This document shows positions 13,391 through 26,739 of a DNA stretch of 64,000 nt, in pieces; within the stretch, counting starts at the first letter, position 1; every line of letters starts with the position of its first letter. The notes under the pieces are model-generated. The model saw only the letters and a program-made list of their open reading frames with translations. It made no database searches and was not told where the DNA came from. The translations under genes and the position numbers were made by a program. The DNA is from Octopus sinensis (taxonomy: Eukaryota): positions 82,522,001-82,586,000 of the forward strand of contig NC_042999.1 in assembly GCF_006345805.1 (NCBI RefSeq). Reading direction: 5' to 3'.

Positions 13391-16300
13391 TCATAGGACT
13401 ATGCTCAAGGTGGCTTCGTCATTCATACGTGCCATTCTTGCTACATTCACCCATCTTTTTTTAAAACATTCGCTAGACAAAACTTGCCTCTCTACTCTCA
13501 CTTTCCTTTTCAAGTGGTACTTGAAGAAGTTGATGAGAGATTGACCAGAGAGGAAAGTGTTTGTCTCCAATCCTTTCAGACGCGTCCACCAGATACATTC
13601 TTTCGCCATAGCCACAAGGATGATGAAAATAGCTCTTCCTTCCCGTTTGAAGGAAGGAGGCGTGACAATATTGACGATAGACTCAGCTGATAAACCGACT
13701 CGTCCCACACGTGACAGCAGTTGTTCGACATAAGCCCACAGGTCGGAAATTGTTGGACACTGAACGAGTGCGTGCAGAACGGTTTCGTCGCTCTGACCGC
13801 ATCTCGGGCAGGTCGGCCCCGTGTTTCTCGAGCCGTGTCTGTAGAGCTTATCCCGAACGGGTAGCGCTTCTCGGTAGCACTGCCAGGCCAGGGATCTCTG
13901 GAAGTTGTCCATGGGCCCTGGCCCGAAAGTCGTCCCGAACAGGCGGGTCAGGTACTCCTCGTCGACGTCCAGGTTCGCCCCGAGCTCGTCGTCGTACCTC
14001 CCCTCCACTAAACCCCTATAGAATGCTTTGGTTGTGTTGAAGTCACTTAAGGTCGACCCAGGACGGCAGAGTGCTTGAGAGCAACGCGACACTCGCGGTG
14101 CCATTCGCCCTTCCTCGGCCTCTTTTTGATCCACGACTGCAGTTCGGTCATGGAGACGAGCTGCGGGAAAGCGTGCCTCACAAACGGCGACCACACCTGT
14201 TCACCGTCGTCTACATAGAGCCAGAGATGTCGCAGTCTCAGCGCGTGTCTGCGCATCATCAACCACGGCATGCCCAGCCCTCCTTTTAACGGGTGTTGAC
14301 AGCAAATGGATCGCCTGACCATCGGGACGCATCCTTTCCACAAGAAGCGAAAGAGGATGCGTTGTAGTTTGGTGATGGTAGGGTCGGGACAAGGTACGAC
14401 GGTCAGGCGTGTAGTAGATGACGGACGCGATGTACGTGTTCGCCACCTCCGCTCGACCTTTTAGGGACAGTTTCCTCTCGGCCCATTGCCGGGCGAGAGT
14501 GACCACCCTACTCGTTATCTCGTTCCAGTTCTTCTCCACTTGGAGGTCCGGACCAAACCAGACCCCGAGCAACTCAACCGGGCCGTCGGTCCAGCGTCCC
14601 ACGACGGAGGCGCTGGTGGACGGCATGGGCTTGCTTCTCCAGGTGCCTAGTCGCAAGCCCACTGACTTTTCCCGGTTGATTTTCGCTCCTGTCACCGCTT
14701 CGTAGTTTTTCAGTGTCTCGCCGACCAGCTCGATGTGCTCGTGGCTAGACACTATGACGGTGACGTCGTCCGCGTATGCAGACACGCTCGTCCCGCATCC
14801 CAATTCTCGCGGGATGCCCCTTAGAGTCGCCAGCTTCCGCAGTAGTGGCTCAAGAGTCAATACGTATAGAAGCGCCGAGAGGGGGCATCCCTGACGGACC
14901 GAACGTGCAATGTCGAAAGGTCTCGATAGATGTCCATTTACGCGAATTACCGAACGGATGCCTCTGTACAAGGCAGCTATCCAGCCGCGGAAGACGGGAC
15001 CGAAACCAGCCGCTCTCAGGACTGCCTCCAAGTATCGATGGTCTACCCTATCAAAGGCTTTTGATTGATCCAAGTTGATCAGGGCCCCACCCATGCCAGG
15101 TTCGTTAACTACCCTGTCTATGATGTAGCGCATCAGATGGAGGTTGTCATGGATGGTCCGGCCTGGCACGGCGCATGTTTGCGCCTTGTCGACCAGTTTC
15201 TCGATGACAAGCGCCAACCTCTTGGCTAGCACCTTGGCCAAAATTTTCAAGTCTGCATTAAGCAGAGTGATGGGCCTAAAGTTATCTATTACATTTCCCT
15301 TGTTTAGATCTTTCTTCAGCAGTGTTACGGCTCCTCGGCTCACAAAACCAGGAATGCTCCCGTTTTGCTGCCAGTTGCAGTACACCGCCGCCAAGAGATC
15401 TCCAAACAAGTCTGGCATACAATTGTAAGCTCGTAGGGTAGACCATCCAACCCGGTGGTGATTGTCCCTCGAGCATTCTGCCATCGCTTCCCGCACTTCC
15501 GCCGCCGTGATGGCACCTTCGCAGCACCCTGCCTTTCTTGTCGAGAGTCGTGGTAGGCTATGTAGGTAGGCACTGAAGTCCACCCTACGTTCTTGCCCTC
15601 CACTCGTTCCGAACAGTCGGGCAAAATGCTGCTGAAAGGCCTCACACATTTTACTTGGCTCGAGCAATTCGCGCCCCTGTTCATCTACCAGTGACCGAAT
15701 GGTGGCTTTGTTGCCCTGTTGCGCCTCTGCCACCCGGGCCTCTCTCGCGGCTCAAACACCTTCGTTCCTTAGAGCACGCATCCTAGCTCTGACAGCACAT
15801 CCTTCGTGTTTGGCGTTGAAGTGTTGGTCGAGGGCCAACCTCGCCGCCAAAACGTCGGATGCGATGCCGCTTCTAATTGCCTCTTCTAGCTTCTTAACTA
15901 GCTCACCCTCTACTCTATTTCTATCTATGGCTAGTGCTTTGCTGTACCTAATCGCTTCTGCTTTTACTGCTCTCTTGAGGGCAAACCACCATTTGTTGTT
16001 GATGATGGCTCCCGTCAAAGCCCTCTTTACTAGTGTGCTAATCCGGTCTCTGAAAACTTGTCTCGATGGGAAAGACGCGTTTAGTTTCCAGTATCCGGGA
16101 CCCTGCCTAAGTGTCTTACCTAAGTCTAGCGTACATGTCACAAGTTTGTGATCCGGTGTAGCTGACTATGTGGAATTGTGGACATCCTATGCTATCTCTA
16201 TCTACTGTCCTACACAGTATCCTATCTAGATACGATCTCGACGACCCGATGCGGTTGCTCCATGTCCACGTTGGCGCATTCGGGTGGTCTAGTCGAAACT

Positions 16301-16827
16301 GTCAGACAGTTGAAAGCGTCTGAGCAGGTCTCTGAGGCATTTGCATCCCCGTCTATTCCTATCTCTACCCACGTAGTCTACATGCGTGTCCAAGGTAGCA
16401 TTCCAATCCCCCACTAAGAGTAAAGGACGAGACGTTCCCAAGAAAACTTCTAGACGTTGAAAGAAATCCGCCCGACCTGTTAAGGGCGGTGCGTAAACTG
16501 ATACGAGCCGAAAAGCGCACCCATTGCTGCCGTCGACATCCAGGACGACCAGTCTACCCTCCGGGTCTACGAATATTGTCCTTACATTGAGATCCAGACT
16601 CTTGTGAAAAAGTACCGCGGTGCCACTACCGCCCATTCTCGGCAGACAGGGGGAAAAATAAATGTTGAACTGTCCGCCAAACATGGTCTTTAGGGCCCGC
16701 GGATTGTGGAGTCTGGTCTCGCTTATGGCTATGATTTCTAACTTATGTGACTTATGTCATTTAAGAGGTACCCTTGTTTCCAAGGGGACCCCAAGCCACG
16801 CGCATTTACACAACCAATCTTGATCAT
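13391..16827 (-). pseudogene. ORF2 polyprotein (APE endonuclease + reverse transcriptase + CX2C..H..C zinc finger), multiple 1-bp frameshifts
   Basis: Start MIKIGCVNARGL at 16827. EN motifs ISETRL, LVSVYAP, VGDWNA, SYLDRIL, DHKLV. Linker GPGYWKLNAS. RT motifs FRPITLLNAD, DQSKAFDRVDH, VRQGCPLS, YADD. C-terminal CPRCGQSDETVLHALVQC. Stop at 13391. Confidence 0.95.
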
Positions 16828-16858
16828 AGTTCTAATGAATTAGAATACAGAGGGTTAC

Positions 16859-18857
16859 TTACTGCTCGAAAGTTTTTGCTTTCTCCTCCGTTGGTTTGTC
16901 CTCGAGAAGATCCCAGTACAGTTTCTTTGTGAGATATTTTTGGCATTTACCAACCGCACTGGGGAAAATGCCTTTGAGTGTGTGGTGCAGACTTTTGGAG
17001 ATGTGTATTATTTTGATGTGGTCTGGTGGTGTTGTGTATGGGTGGTTGTTTGTTTTTATGTCATCTTCTGTTATGTTGTTTTTGATTGGATGTATTCCAT
17101 CAAATTTGTGTTTTTGGTGTCTATGGCTGTGAGCATGTTTGCTGTATATGTTTTTGTGGTGTGGTGTGGCTGTTGTTTGCGTTGGGTTTTGAAATGTCTT
17201 CGGGAGATGTATTTCCCCCTGCTTTGTTCGTGTTTGCATTTGGTTTGGTTGTGTTTCTGCTCTTTATTTTCCTTCTTTTTGTAGCTATTTGCCATTCCTC
17301 ACTGGTTTCGTCTTCCGACGAAATTTCTGAGGAATCAGAAGGGGGTAGGGGTATGTTGTGGGCTTCTATGTATGTCTGTGTAAGTGGTTGTGTTGTTGTT
17401 TTCGTTGTTGTTGGTTGTTGAGTGTTTGTGTGTGTTGAGTGCGGTATAAGGGATGGGGGATCAGTTGTGTGTGTGTTTTCTTTGTTTTTCTGTTCCTTTG
17501 GGTTTTGCTGTTGATGGTAGTGTTGGTATTTTTCCAGGTGTCGAGTGGTTTTTGGTTGATGACGGATTAGCTTGGTGTGCTTCTCTTGTCGTCTTCTGTG
17601 TTGATGGTGGTGTGGGTAGTAGAGCTTTTTTTCCGGAGTGCTTTGGTTGTGGTAGTGGTGTTGTTGTTGCTCTTGGTGTGCAGTGGTTGGGCACGTCTTT
17701 TTCAAGTGTGTTTCGCTTCCACACAAATAGCAGCGTGGTCGCCTGCCCTCTACCACTATATAGAGTTTGTAGCCTCCTGGCAGTTCTATAGCGGTGGGTA
17801 TCTTTCTCTTGCTGCTTCATCCAATTGAAGCAGGAATTCGATTGATTTGCCCACATAGTCTTTCTCTCCTAGAACCGCGATTTCCAGGATGTTTGTCTCT
17901 GACATTGTCTCTGACATTTCAAAGCAGATGGCAGAGACCACCCATTGTGTTTCGACATCAAATGGTATTTTTATTTGGACTTTCGTGACCCTTTTGTTAA
18001 ATAGACTGGTATCATTACCAAGTCGTCCGAATGTAGCTCCAATGTGGAAAAACGTTTTGCTAAACTTTCGTTGAGGAAACGTACTTGGACTGTACCAAAT
18101 TTGTTTCCCCAACTGATATATTCCTTGGAGTCCCATACAGGACGAAGGCATTTATCGATTTTTTCCTGCGGTGCATTTTCTGTTCTTCTTGTTTTTTTTG
18201 TTTATTACTTTATAAATTATTGTTTTTTTTTTGCGTGTTTTCCACGATGTGTTGTGGAATATGAAGGTGCAATTTGTCTCCTTCTTTGGAGAAGAGTGCC
18301 TTTGTGCGGTTTATCTCTTGTGTGGTGAATGTTACAATTGTTCTTTTTTGTTTTGTTACGTCCGCAAAATTCGTTTTGAATTTGGCAGTAGAAGTGTTAA
18401 TGTGGCAGTGTTAATTGAAGTCATGGTAGTGGTGTTGGTGTTGGCGGTATTAGCAGCAGAAGGCTTGGATGTAGCATTTGACGTCGTAGTAGTGGTGTTG
18501 GTGTTGGCGGTGTTGTCTTTGGTAGGCGGCTTTGTGCCAATTTCGTTGTTGTTGTTGTTGGTGGTGATGGTGGTGGTGCTGGCATTCATGTTTTCGTTTG
18601 TATTCATTTTTGAAATCCTTTCTCTGTCCCTTATCATCAACAAGTGGTGTGGGGAGTGAGGGGAAATCTAGTTAATGTCTTTGGTCGCGGCGATGGTGAA
18701 TGCGACGTTAGGATTGTGTGTTGGGTTGTTGGTGGTGTGGGGTGATGGTGGTGACAGCGGTGTTCACGCTGCGATGTTTAGCAGCTAGTGGTAGCAATAG
18801 TGTTTTGCTACCGTTCTGCATGACTGGCGGGCTAGCCACGTGGTTTCTAGTTGCCAT
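16859..18857 (-). pseudogene. ORF1 (gag-like) with CCHC zinc knuckle, frameshifted
   Basis: Start MATRNHVAS at 18857. Knuckle CYLCGSETHLKKTC at about 17691-17732. Thr/Asn/Gln/His-rich linkers. Ends ...EKAKTFEQ* at 16859. Confidence 0.85.
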
Positions 18858-19078
18858 TTTCAAAATGAAAAATGGCTACTAAAAAACCCACGAAAGTTTT
18901 GAAAGTTTTTTTGTAATTTCGCCCATACAGGGGCGGAATTCTACGTGAATAATTCTCAGGTTTTTTAGTGAATGAATTTGCACAACGATTAAAACAAAAT
19001 ATTTGACAACAAGGAGTTTTAAACATGTAAAAGTGGCCAACTTACTTGGAGCCGATATGACTAGCGTCCGTCCATTGT

Positions 19079-19092
19079 GATAGATAGATATT

Positions 19093-19166
<74 letters not shown>
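19079..19166 (+). repeat. Right TSD (19079-19091) continuing into a (GATA)n array
   Basis: GATAGATAGATAT followed by TTA(GATA)n. Confidence 0.95.
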
Positions 19167-19209
19167 TTCCTACATGATGTCTTCACTTGAAACCACTTGT
19201 AATTAACAA

Positions 19210-19263
<54 letters not shown>

Positions 19264-20204
19264 TGTCAAACGACAAAAGAAAATCCAAAAGGTGAGATCC
19301 TTCATTTCTCAAAGTCAGTTGCAGTTATCGATCTTGTATAAGATCCCTGCTATAAATTAACACTATTTAGTTTTGTCTCGTTTTGTTTTTGTTTTGTTTT
19401 GTGCTCTGTCTTTTTTTTTTACATTAATTATTCAAAGGAAGTTAGGCTGCGCCAATCATCCCATTAAGAGCCTCTGAAAACTGTATGATCGATGGAGAAA
19501 GCTATCTTCAACCTGGTGATCTGGCTTGAACGCATGCAATAATGTATTCCACAAAATGCATCGTTAAGCCAAATCATTGTAAACTGAGTAATAGTTTAAG
19601 TCTACCCCCATTAGCTTCATTACCGAGTTTTAATTCTCTTGTAGATACAGAATTGATACAGATGAAGTTCTGTGTCGTTCCATGTTGGAGACTAAGCTAT
19701 GATTGAGTTGGCCACTGTTTGGACCCCACCCCTAGTCAATTCTCTCTCTAACATACCAGTGTAATTACGCCGAAGGAAAGTCTGCATTTTTCGTAAGCCA
19801 GCTGGTAATCAACTCAACCTGGACTTAGAACCAATTGAAACGGTAGCCAAGACTCACAACTACAATATACTGTACTTTTCGTAAGCCAGCTGGTAATTTC
19901 TACATGTACTTATGATCTATTGAAGTAATCGTCAATTCTTCCTCCTAAAATACCCTGTCATTTGAAACAAAGAAACTATACTTCAGATAAAGTTGCCACA
20001 TAGACCACTTTTAGCCAATTCTTCCTCCTTAAATACCCTGTCATACTTCAGTTACAGTTGCCCGTAATACCACTAAAATGCTTTTGCTTATGTCTGCTTG
20101 ATCAAGGTTTATCTGGAGCCAAGCAACAGCATCATGACTTCATGACCCACCTTAGGGACTTCTACGTAGTCACTCGTTCTACTAGAAATGCAAGCCACAT
20201 AAAA

Positions 20205-20880
20205 AAATAATAATAATGAAATTATTGTATACAGTGCTCAGGTGCACCACAACTTATCAAAAAGTGCGTATAAATTATATGCAGTAATGTACAAATGTCT
20301 GGTAAGTTAACAGTGTATGAGTCAGATACATGCTTGCGTGTGTATGGAGGCGATAAAATAAGGTGTAGTGTCGGCGAATCTCAGGAAGTTTTAAAGGATG
20401 CAGTGCTCCGACAACTAACGACTGATGCCGACAGTCTGTTCCATGCTTCAGCAACTCTTAGCGTGAAAAAATGTTTCCGAAAGTGATGGGAGCTGTGCTG
20501 TTTTCTGACTTTGTAAACATGTCCACGGATGTTAGACAGGTGGAGTTTGAAAAGGTGCTTAGAGTTATTGTTTGTAAGATGGTTAATAATTTTATGGATG
20601 TCTGCCAAGTCAGCTGCCATACGTCGGGGTTTCAATGTGCTCATGCCCAGGGAAATAAAACGTTCAGAATATAGCAGATGCCTAATGGAGGGTATTCTCT
20701 TAGGTAAGACGTTCAGAATATGGCAGATGCCTGATAGAGGGTATTCTCTTGAGTAAGGCGTTCAGAAGCCACTCTACAATCTTGGAAACGGAGGGACATA
20801 TTAGATAATGTAGTACTAGATATGCAGTGGCCATGAGAATGATGAAATGGCCAAGGCTCGAATAGCTTTAGTCATCACTG
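20205..20880 (-). mobile_element. 3' fragment of a CR1-clade LINE with a 49-bp internal tandem duplication
   Basis: YSERLISLGMSTLKPRRMAADL..IHKI...RGHVYKVRK...RKHFFTLRVAEAWNRLSASVV is the typical CR1 C-terminus. (ATT)n-like tail. 49-bp unit starts at 20661, 20710 and 20759. Confidence 0.85.
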
Positions 20881-21224
20881 TGTTCATTCAACGCTGATCT
20901 GTAAATAAACAGCTAAAAGAACACCTGCGACATTATACTTTTGCTGCAGTCTTGTACATGATTTACGTAGTTAGTCTAGCGTCGTCTTTCATAAGTGAAA
21001 CTAACCAATACTCAAGGTCCCCTCCTATATTTCTATTATTTAATCTTTCATATAATTAATAACATCTGGTTGATTCTTCTGTATTTTAATAAGCACGTCC
21101 GCAATATCTTAGTTTCTGGGAAGTCGATGAAATTAAATAAGCAAAACTTGATAATCGTGTACTTAAAAATACAGAAAACACACAGACTCACACAGAGAGA
21201 CGCACAGAAAAAAAACAGAGGGGG

Positions 21225-21351
<127 letters not shown>

Positions 21352-22439
21352 GAAGGAAGGAAGTTACATATGTACACATATACGCATACACATATACATA
21401 CGCAGAAAGTAATAAATATTCGTTGGTTGTCACTAGAATTGAGTTTCAGCAATGTCAAAAAATAAGTAGTAGTTTTGTAGACATCACTCGTAATGTTTGG
21501 CATCGGTAACCAATTAAAACCTAAGTATGGGGAGATTATATTAGCTGTCATTCTTTATTGTTATTATCAAGACAATACAACACTTAGCATTGTGACGGAG
21601 AATAAAGAGAGACGAGAGTGGGGAGGCAGCAATGAAAGGATGATATGTAAGACAGATGCAAATCTTATTCTGTAAAGCTCTTATAAATATCTAGGAGGCG
21701 AGTTGTGGCGAATAGTAAATTCGTAAGAGGTCTAGAATAAAAATATTTATTGTTCATAATAACGTCGCAGTTATTTTAATTTTAAGTTTTTTTTGTATTT
21801 TTTTTTCATTTTCATTTCGCGTTCAAAGGAAGTCTGGAGTCGTCTTATTTTTTAACCTTCCAAAAGTCTAAAGTATAAGTACCAGTAATATATAAAGAAT
21901 TGATTCAATTAACTACATCACTACTCTAGAATTGTGCGACCTTGTGCCAATGTAAGAAATAATTATACGAGAAGATCATAGTAATTTTATAAGAGTTTCC
22001 GGTGCATCCCTTTCCAGTAAATCTCCAGTGCATCTTCCAGTATATCTCCTTCAAGTGCATCTCCAGTGCATATCCTGCGGCGCAAAGCCTTTTCCATTTT
22101 GTCTACTGTTGCCATGAGAAATGTTTCTATATAGTGAAAGGCAAGATTCTCCGTTAATCCATCATGCACACTATAAGTTTAGGTTTATCTCAAAGAGATG
22201 CATCCACCACATGTTTATCAGATGAAGTTAAAAACTAAAGCGTGATAATGGATGCATGAAAATTGGATAGACATGTTTCAGTAAGGATCAGTCGATGAGT
22301 CTCAAAATATATCTGAGCAATAGTAAATAGTTCATTGATTCACTCAAATGCAACTTCCCAAACAAGCTTATAAATTTTGTGCCTTATTTTAAAGAAAGCA
22401 ACATACGCAAATATAAACACAAACATACAAGCGCACGCA

Positions 22440-22660
22440 TACGAGGGAGTGCGGAAAAGTTCCAGGCTTTAAGGGTGTCGCGACAGGCCTGGTTGGAAGC
22501 CCAAGCTTCCAAGTTCTTTTTACAGGGTTAAGAAAACTGAAGGACCGTGGCGATAAGTGTGTGAATCTGGGAAGAGAATAAGTTGAATAAAATAATAATT
22601 AACTGATCCTCCTATATTTTCTTTTACCAAAAACCAGGAACTTTCCATCACCCCCTCCCA
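22440..22660 (+). mobile_element. Mariner-derived MITE (internal deletion derivative)
   Basis: TA|CGAGGGAGTGCGGAAAAGTTCC left end, with the inverted copy GGAACTTTCCATCACCCCCTC at the right end. Internal remnant RGDKCVNLGRE*VE* resembles the mariner transposase end RW.KCV...GEYVE. Confidence 0.7.
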
Positions 22661-22837
22661 TGTGGGTGAGTATGCATGCGTTTAACTAAATAATGGTTTG
22701 TTAGCCAGTTAAATAAAGAAAAAATGTACTCAATGGCGGTGCCCCAGCATGGCCACAGCTCATAAGCTGAAACTAGAATCAATCAATCAATCAATCAATA
22801 CAAGAAATAAAGTTTTTATTTTATAATTCGTAAATGA

Positions 22838-23195
22838 AAGGAGTGGTTGTATGGTAAGAAGTTTGTTTCCGAACCACATGGTTCCGGGTACAGTCCTATT
22901 GCGTTGCACCTCGAGCAAGTGTCTTCTACTGTACCCTCGAACTGACAAAAGGCTTGTGAGAAGATTTGGAAGGCGGAAAATGAAAGAAGCCCGGCACTTT
23001 TGTGTCTGTGTATGTACCCCACCATCCCTTAACAACTGATGTTGGTATGTTTATATACCTGTAACTTAGTTGTTCGACAAAAGACACCGATATAATAAGT
23101 ACCATTATTTAAAAAAGGATTAGGGCTGTTTCATTTGTCTAAAATTCTTCAAGACGGTGCCCCAACATGGCCGTAGTCTAAAACAAGTAAAAGTT
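22838..23195 (+). mobile_element. Diverged SINE family 1 copy
   Basis: Aligns by eye with the reverse complement of 5461-5886. Confidence 0.8.
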
Positions 23196-26100
23196 ACAAC
23201 TCGTACTTTCATGTTTCGAATCAACGAGTAAGAGTTACCTGTTGACCGAAAATCTAAAGTAGAAATCATAAAATATTAGCTTTCCGCCACAATATGTGTA
23301 TATACATGTGTATGTGTTGGGTGTAAGTGTATGTACTGATAGAAGTGCGAGCGAAAGAGAAGAGCGTTCAAAAGTATAGTGAGATTAAATATTTGTATTA
23401 AGAGTTCAAGACTCAAATCTACGTTACTAAAAGTTTCACTCGCGTGAAAAGGCTATGGAATCCTTCAGATGTTGCTGATAATGTAGCGAAAATGTATACA
23501 AACTCTATTTAGAATCGAAGTTTGGGGAATTGAAATTGCTTCGGTGAAAGTTCGAAGCACATTTCTAGAATTAACGAGGTGACAGGAGATTTTATAGAAA
23601 CAAATTTAGTTTTGGAAGTGATAATACAGCAAGAAAAATTCAATCCATCGCCTCAGAATATGGTTTTCTTAGTACAGTCACTGGTCATAGTATCTCAAAG
23701 TGTGTGGTTTCTTTCTGTTTCCAATTTTTCTGTAAGATGAAGATTTTGTTTTCTATCTTCAGATATCTAGCACAATGTTGTGTGAACTTACTGTTAAAAA
23801 TATGTTCTATTAATCTTAAATAAATCCAGTTACCCTACACTGACAATTTCACTTGAGTACAATACAGGTTAGAGTTGAATTTGCCATTAAATGGGCATAG
23901 GTGAATATTGACATAATTTAAATCATTAAATGACTGTTCTTTTAATTTATTCTGCTTATGCAAGAAACCAAATTCTCGATATTGTTACTACAGGTGTAGC
24001 TAACTTTTACTGAGTTATTGATAAAGATCTGAAGGTACGTGTGACCTATTGTAAGATAATTCTAAACAAGCCTTTACAAGCTTATTAAATATTTGTATAT
24101 TTGCACATGTTTATGTACGTGATATGTTTATGTACGTTTCACCGATATCCATCTATAAAAAGTACATTGTTCAGAAAACTAATAAGCTGGTACGTTATAA
24201 CAAATATATCTGGGGAGGTACATTCTACCTGCATTAAACAGACACTACCTCATTAGTGGAAATGCTGTACAACCGGTGGTTGCCCGAGGGAAGCTTATAA
24301 GCAGCGACGTTATTGTTCACAAAAATTTTAAATTAAATGTTTTACTACGAACACGAGAAGGATGAAAAGAGTTATCTGCAGTTGAGAGTGAGCATTGTGT
24401 ACAGATGTAACTAAAGAGCACAAGGAATTTTGTCCACTACTCTACCGATTCCGCTAGTCCACCACCATTATTTATTAAGTTACACATCTAATACGTAATA
24501 AAGAAAACAGTATATGAAAAAGGAAATACAAAGCTGATTTTTCAACACATTATGTATTGTATTTTAATAATGTCTTTGTTACGTTTGTGTGAAATGTTTA
24601 GTCAAACAACAACGATTAATAAAATATAGCAAACGTATAAAATATTTCATAAAAATTATATTCACAGGGGTAGAAAGTTTTAAAAAGCTAAAAAATTCAC
24701 TTATACAAAAACCGTAATAGAATTTTTTTTCACAGGAAATTGAATTCTTATTTTTGGGAAAGAATTCAACAAAAATTGTTTCAAGATTCGAAATAGAATT
24801 AAACGAATAAAAAGTAATTTTTCATATCTTTACTTCTTATTTTCTTGCAACCAATTCTTTGTGGAGTTGAAAAGCGGCAGATTGAGGTCATATTACTTTA
24901 AATTAAGGTGCTCTTGTAAATATGTATAATTCATATGCATATATACACATATGTGCATTCATAAGCAACCTCACTTCTACATCGACATATATATGTGCGT
25001 GAGGTGTACGCATACATGTACACATATATGTGTGTGTGTGTTTGTGTGCGTGTATATATATACGTATATGTATATATATATATATATACATATGTATGCA
25101 TACATGTATGTATATGTGTGTGTGTGTGTGTGTGTGTTTGTATTTGTAATGTGTATGCGATGCCCTTAGATATAAGATAAATATTGTGATGTAATTTAAT
25201 TGAAATATCTTTCTTCTATTACAGGTCGAAACAATGTCAGTTTTTGTTACAAATACTAACATATTTCAAAAAATACATACATCAGTTTCATATTCGTAAT
25301 AAAAGTTCAATATCACAACAAAATGGCATTGTCCTTATATAATTTGTATTTATATGCGTCTATTCAAAATACGTATATCACTTGCTTCGTATTTTAGATA
25401 TAAGACGTATGCAAATTGAACAAACGCACATATATCTGCACATGTAAACGATATATACTCATGAAAATCTAACAAATAGAAGGTAGAAACTCAAATATAT
25501 CGAAGTATACTTGTAATGTTTGTAACAAATATATTCTGGCGATGGAACCTGACAACAGCTAACGATCCAGAAAGAACAAACCACGGATTGTATATACATT
25601 AATATTGTAGTTTTCGCGTTTTGTTTTAAAAGTAATTGTTGCTTGTCCAATAACAATATGCAAATTACAACCAGTCCTTTTTTAGTTCGGCAGTATTTAA
25701 TTTTCATGTAGGTGTAAGCTACAACCGTACAGCAGAATGTTTAGATTAAACGAAACCTAGGCAAAACTATCGAGTCAGAAAATTGTTGTTCCAATAACTA
25801 TGTTGTGTAGCCATGTAATTCATAGTGCCTCAGTCTCATGTATAAAAGATGATATATTTTTTAAACATATGTATGCCAGCACCTTAAATATTTAATCATA
25901 TAAATATGTGTACCAATACAATACTTGTCATTCTACAGGTTGCTGGCCAAAATGGCTACCGGTAATTTTGAAGATACTGCAATGGAAAGCGAGAGCTGGA
26001 AAATAGAAATGTAAAGGAAAAGATAACTTTTAACGGGAATCGTGTAGTAAAATCAAAGGAAAGGGGGAGAAAGTATATAAGTAGACACACAACTATACAC

Positions 26101-26739
26101 TCATTCACTAGCACAACTGCATACTCGGACAAGTTCATTTTATTTTGATACAAATTATTGCTCATTAAAAATTATTGTAACTGGGTTCTGTATCTTAAAA
26201 CATCTGTCAACTGAACAAAACTAGTTTGATCAAATTATGCTACACTTATATGGTGAAATAAAATCACAATATATGTAGTCGCGTGTTTCCAGTAAATCGA
26301 GGATGAAACGACTCCTTGAACATGTGGATAAATTTGGTGTAAAAATCTACTACAATCGCCATACCATTATCTTCGTTGTCGACATCATTATTCTTGCTAC
26401 CATCCGCACAATTATAAATGGGAACATTATTCATAGCATCAACCAATCCTCTGAAACAAGTCTGATATTGAGTTTAATAATTACAGTATACTGTTAATGT
26501 TAGCCATCGTCAATTCTCAATGGCTACTTGCTACTAAGAAATATTTCGAACAGCAATCTTAAAACTTTATGACGTTTCCACTCTCAATAGAGCAAAATGT
26601 TTTACCTTCTCTCTGAATATATAGCTCTGTCTATTGCTATCTAAGCTGTCAAGCTACTGTAAGTATGTGTATGTGTCTGCAGAAAACAACTTCTTTCACT
26701 CATTTCATATCGAAGAAATGACTGTATCCTAATTTAATC

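Larger units (their letters stand above)
12998..19078 (-). mobile_element. Full-length 6,081-bp Tx1-type (L1 clade) non-LTR retrotransposon, element B
   Basis: Order on the minus strand: 5' UTR (starts ACAATGGACGGACGC), ORF1, 31-nt spacer, ORF2 (EN-RT-zinc finger), T-rich 3' UTR ending AATAAAGAAAC. Flanked by a 13-bp TSD within (GATA)n. Confidence 0.95.

Noticed and set aside
13484-17988. + strand ORFs overlapping the Tx1 element
   Set aside because: Antisense shadows of the GC-richer EN/RT and ORF1 sequence, with no recognisable motifs.
19787-20043. Short direct repeats (22-bp TTTTCGTAAGCCAGCTGGTAAT twice; about 25-bp TTCTTCCTCCT.AAATACCCTGTCAT twice) resembling repeat-spacer units
   Set aside because: Only two copies each, irregular spacing, eukaryotic context and no cas genes; best explained as local duplications in a decayed repeat, not CRISPR.
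21987-22260. Possible RT remnant (Penelope- or RTE-like)
   Set aside because: Motif similarity is too weak and is inconsistent between frames.
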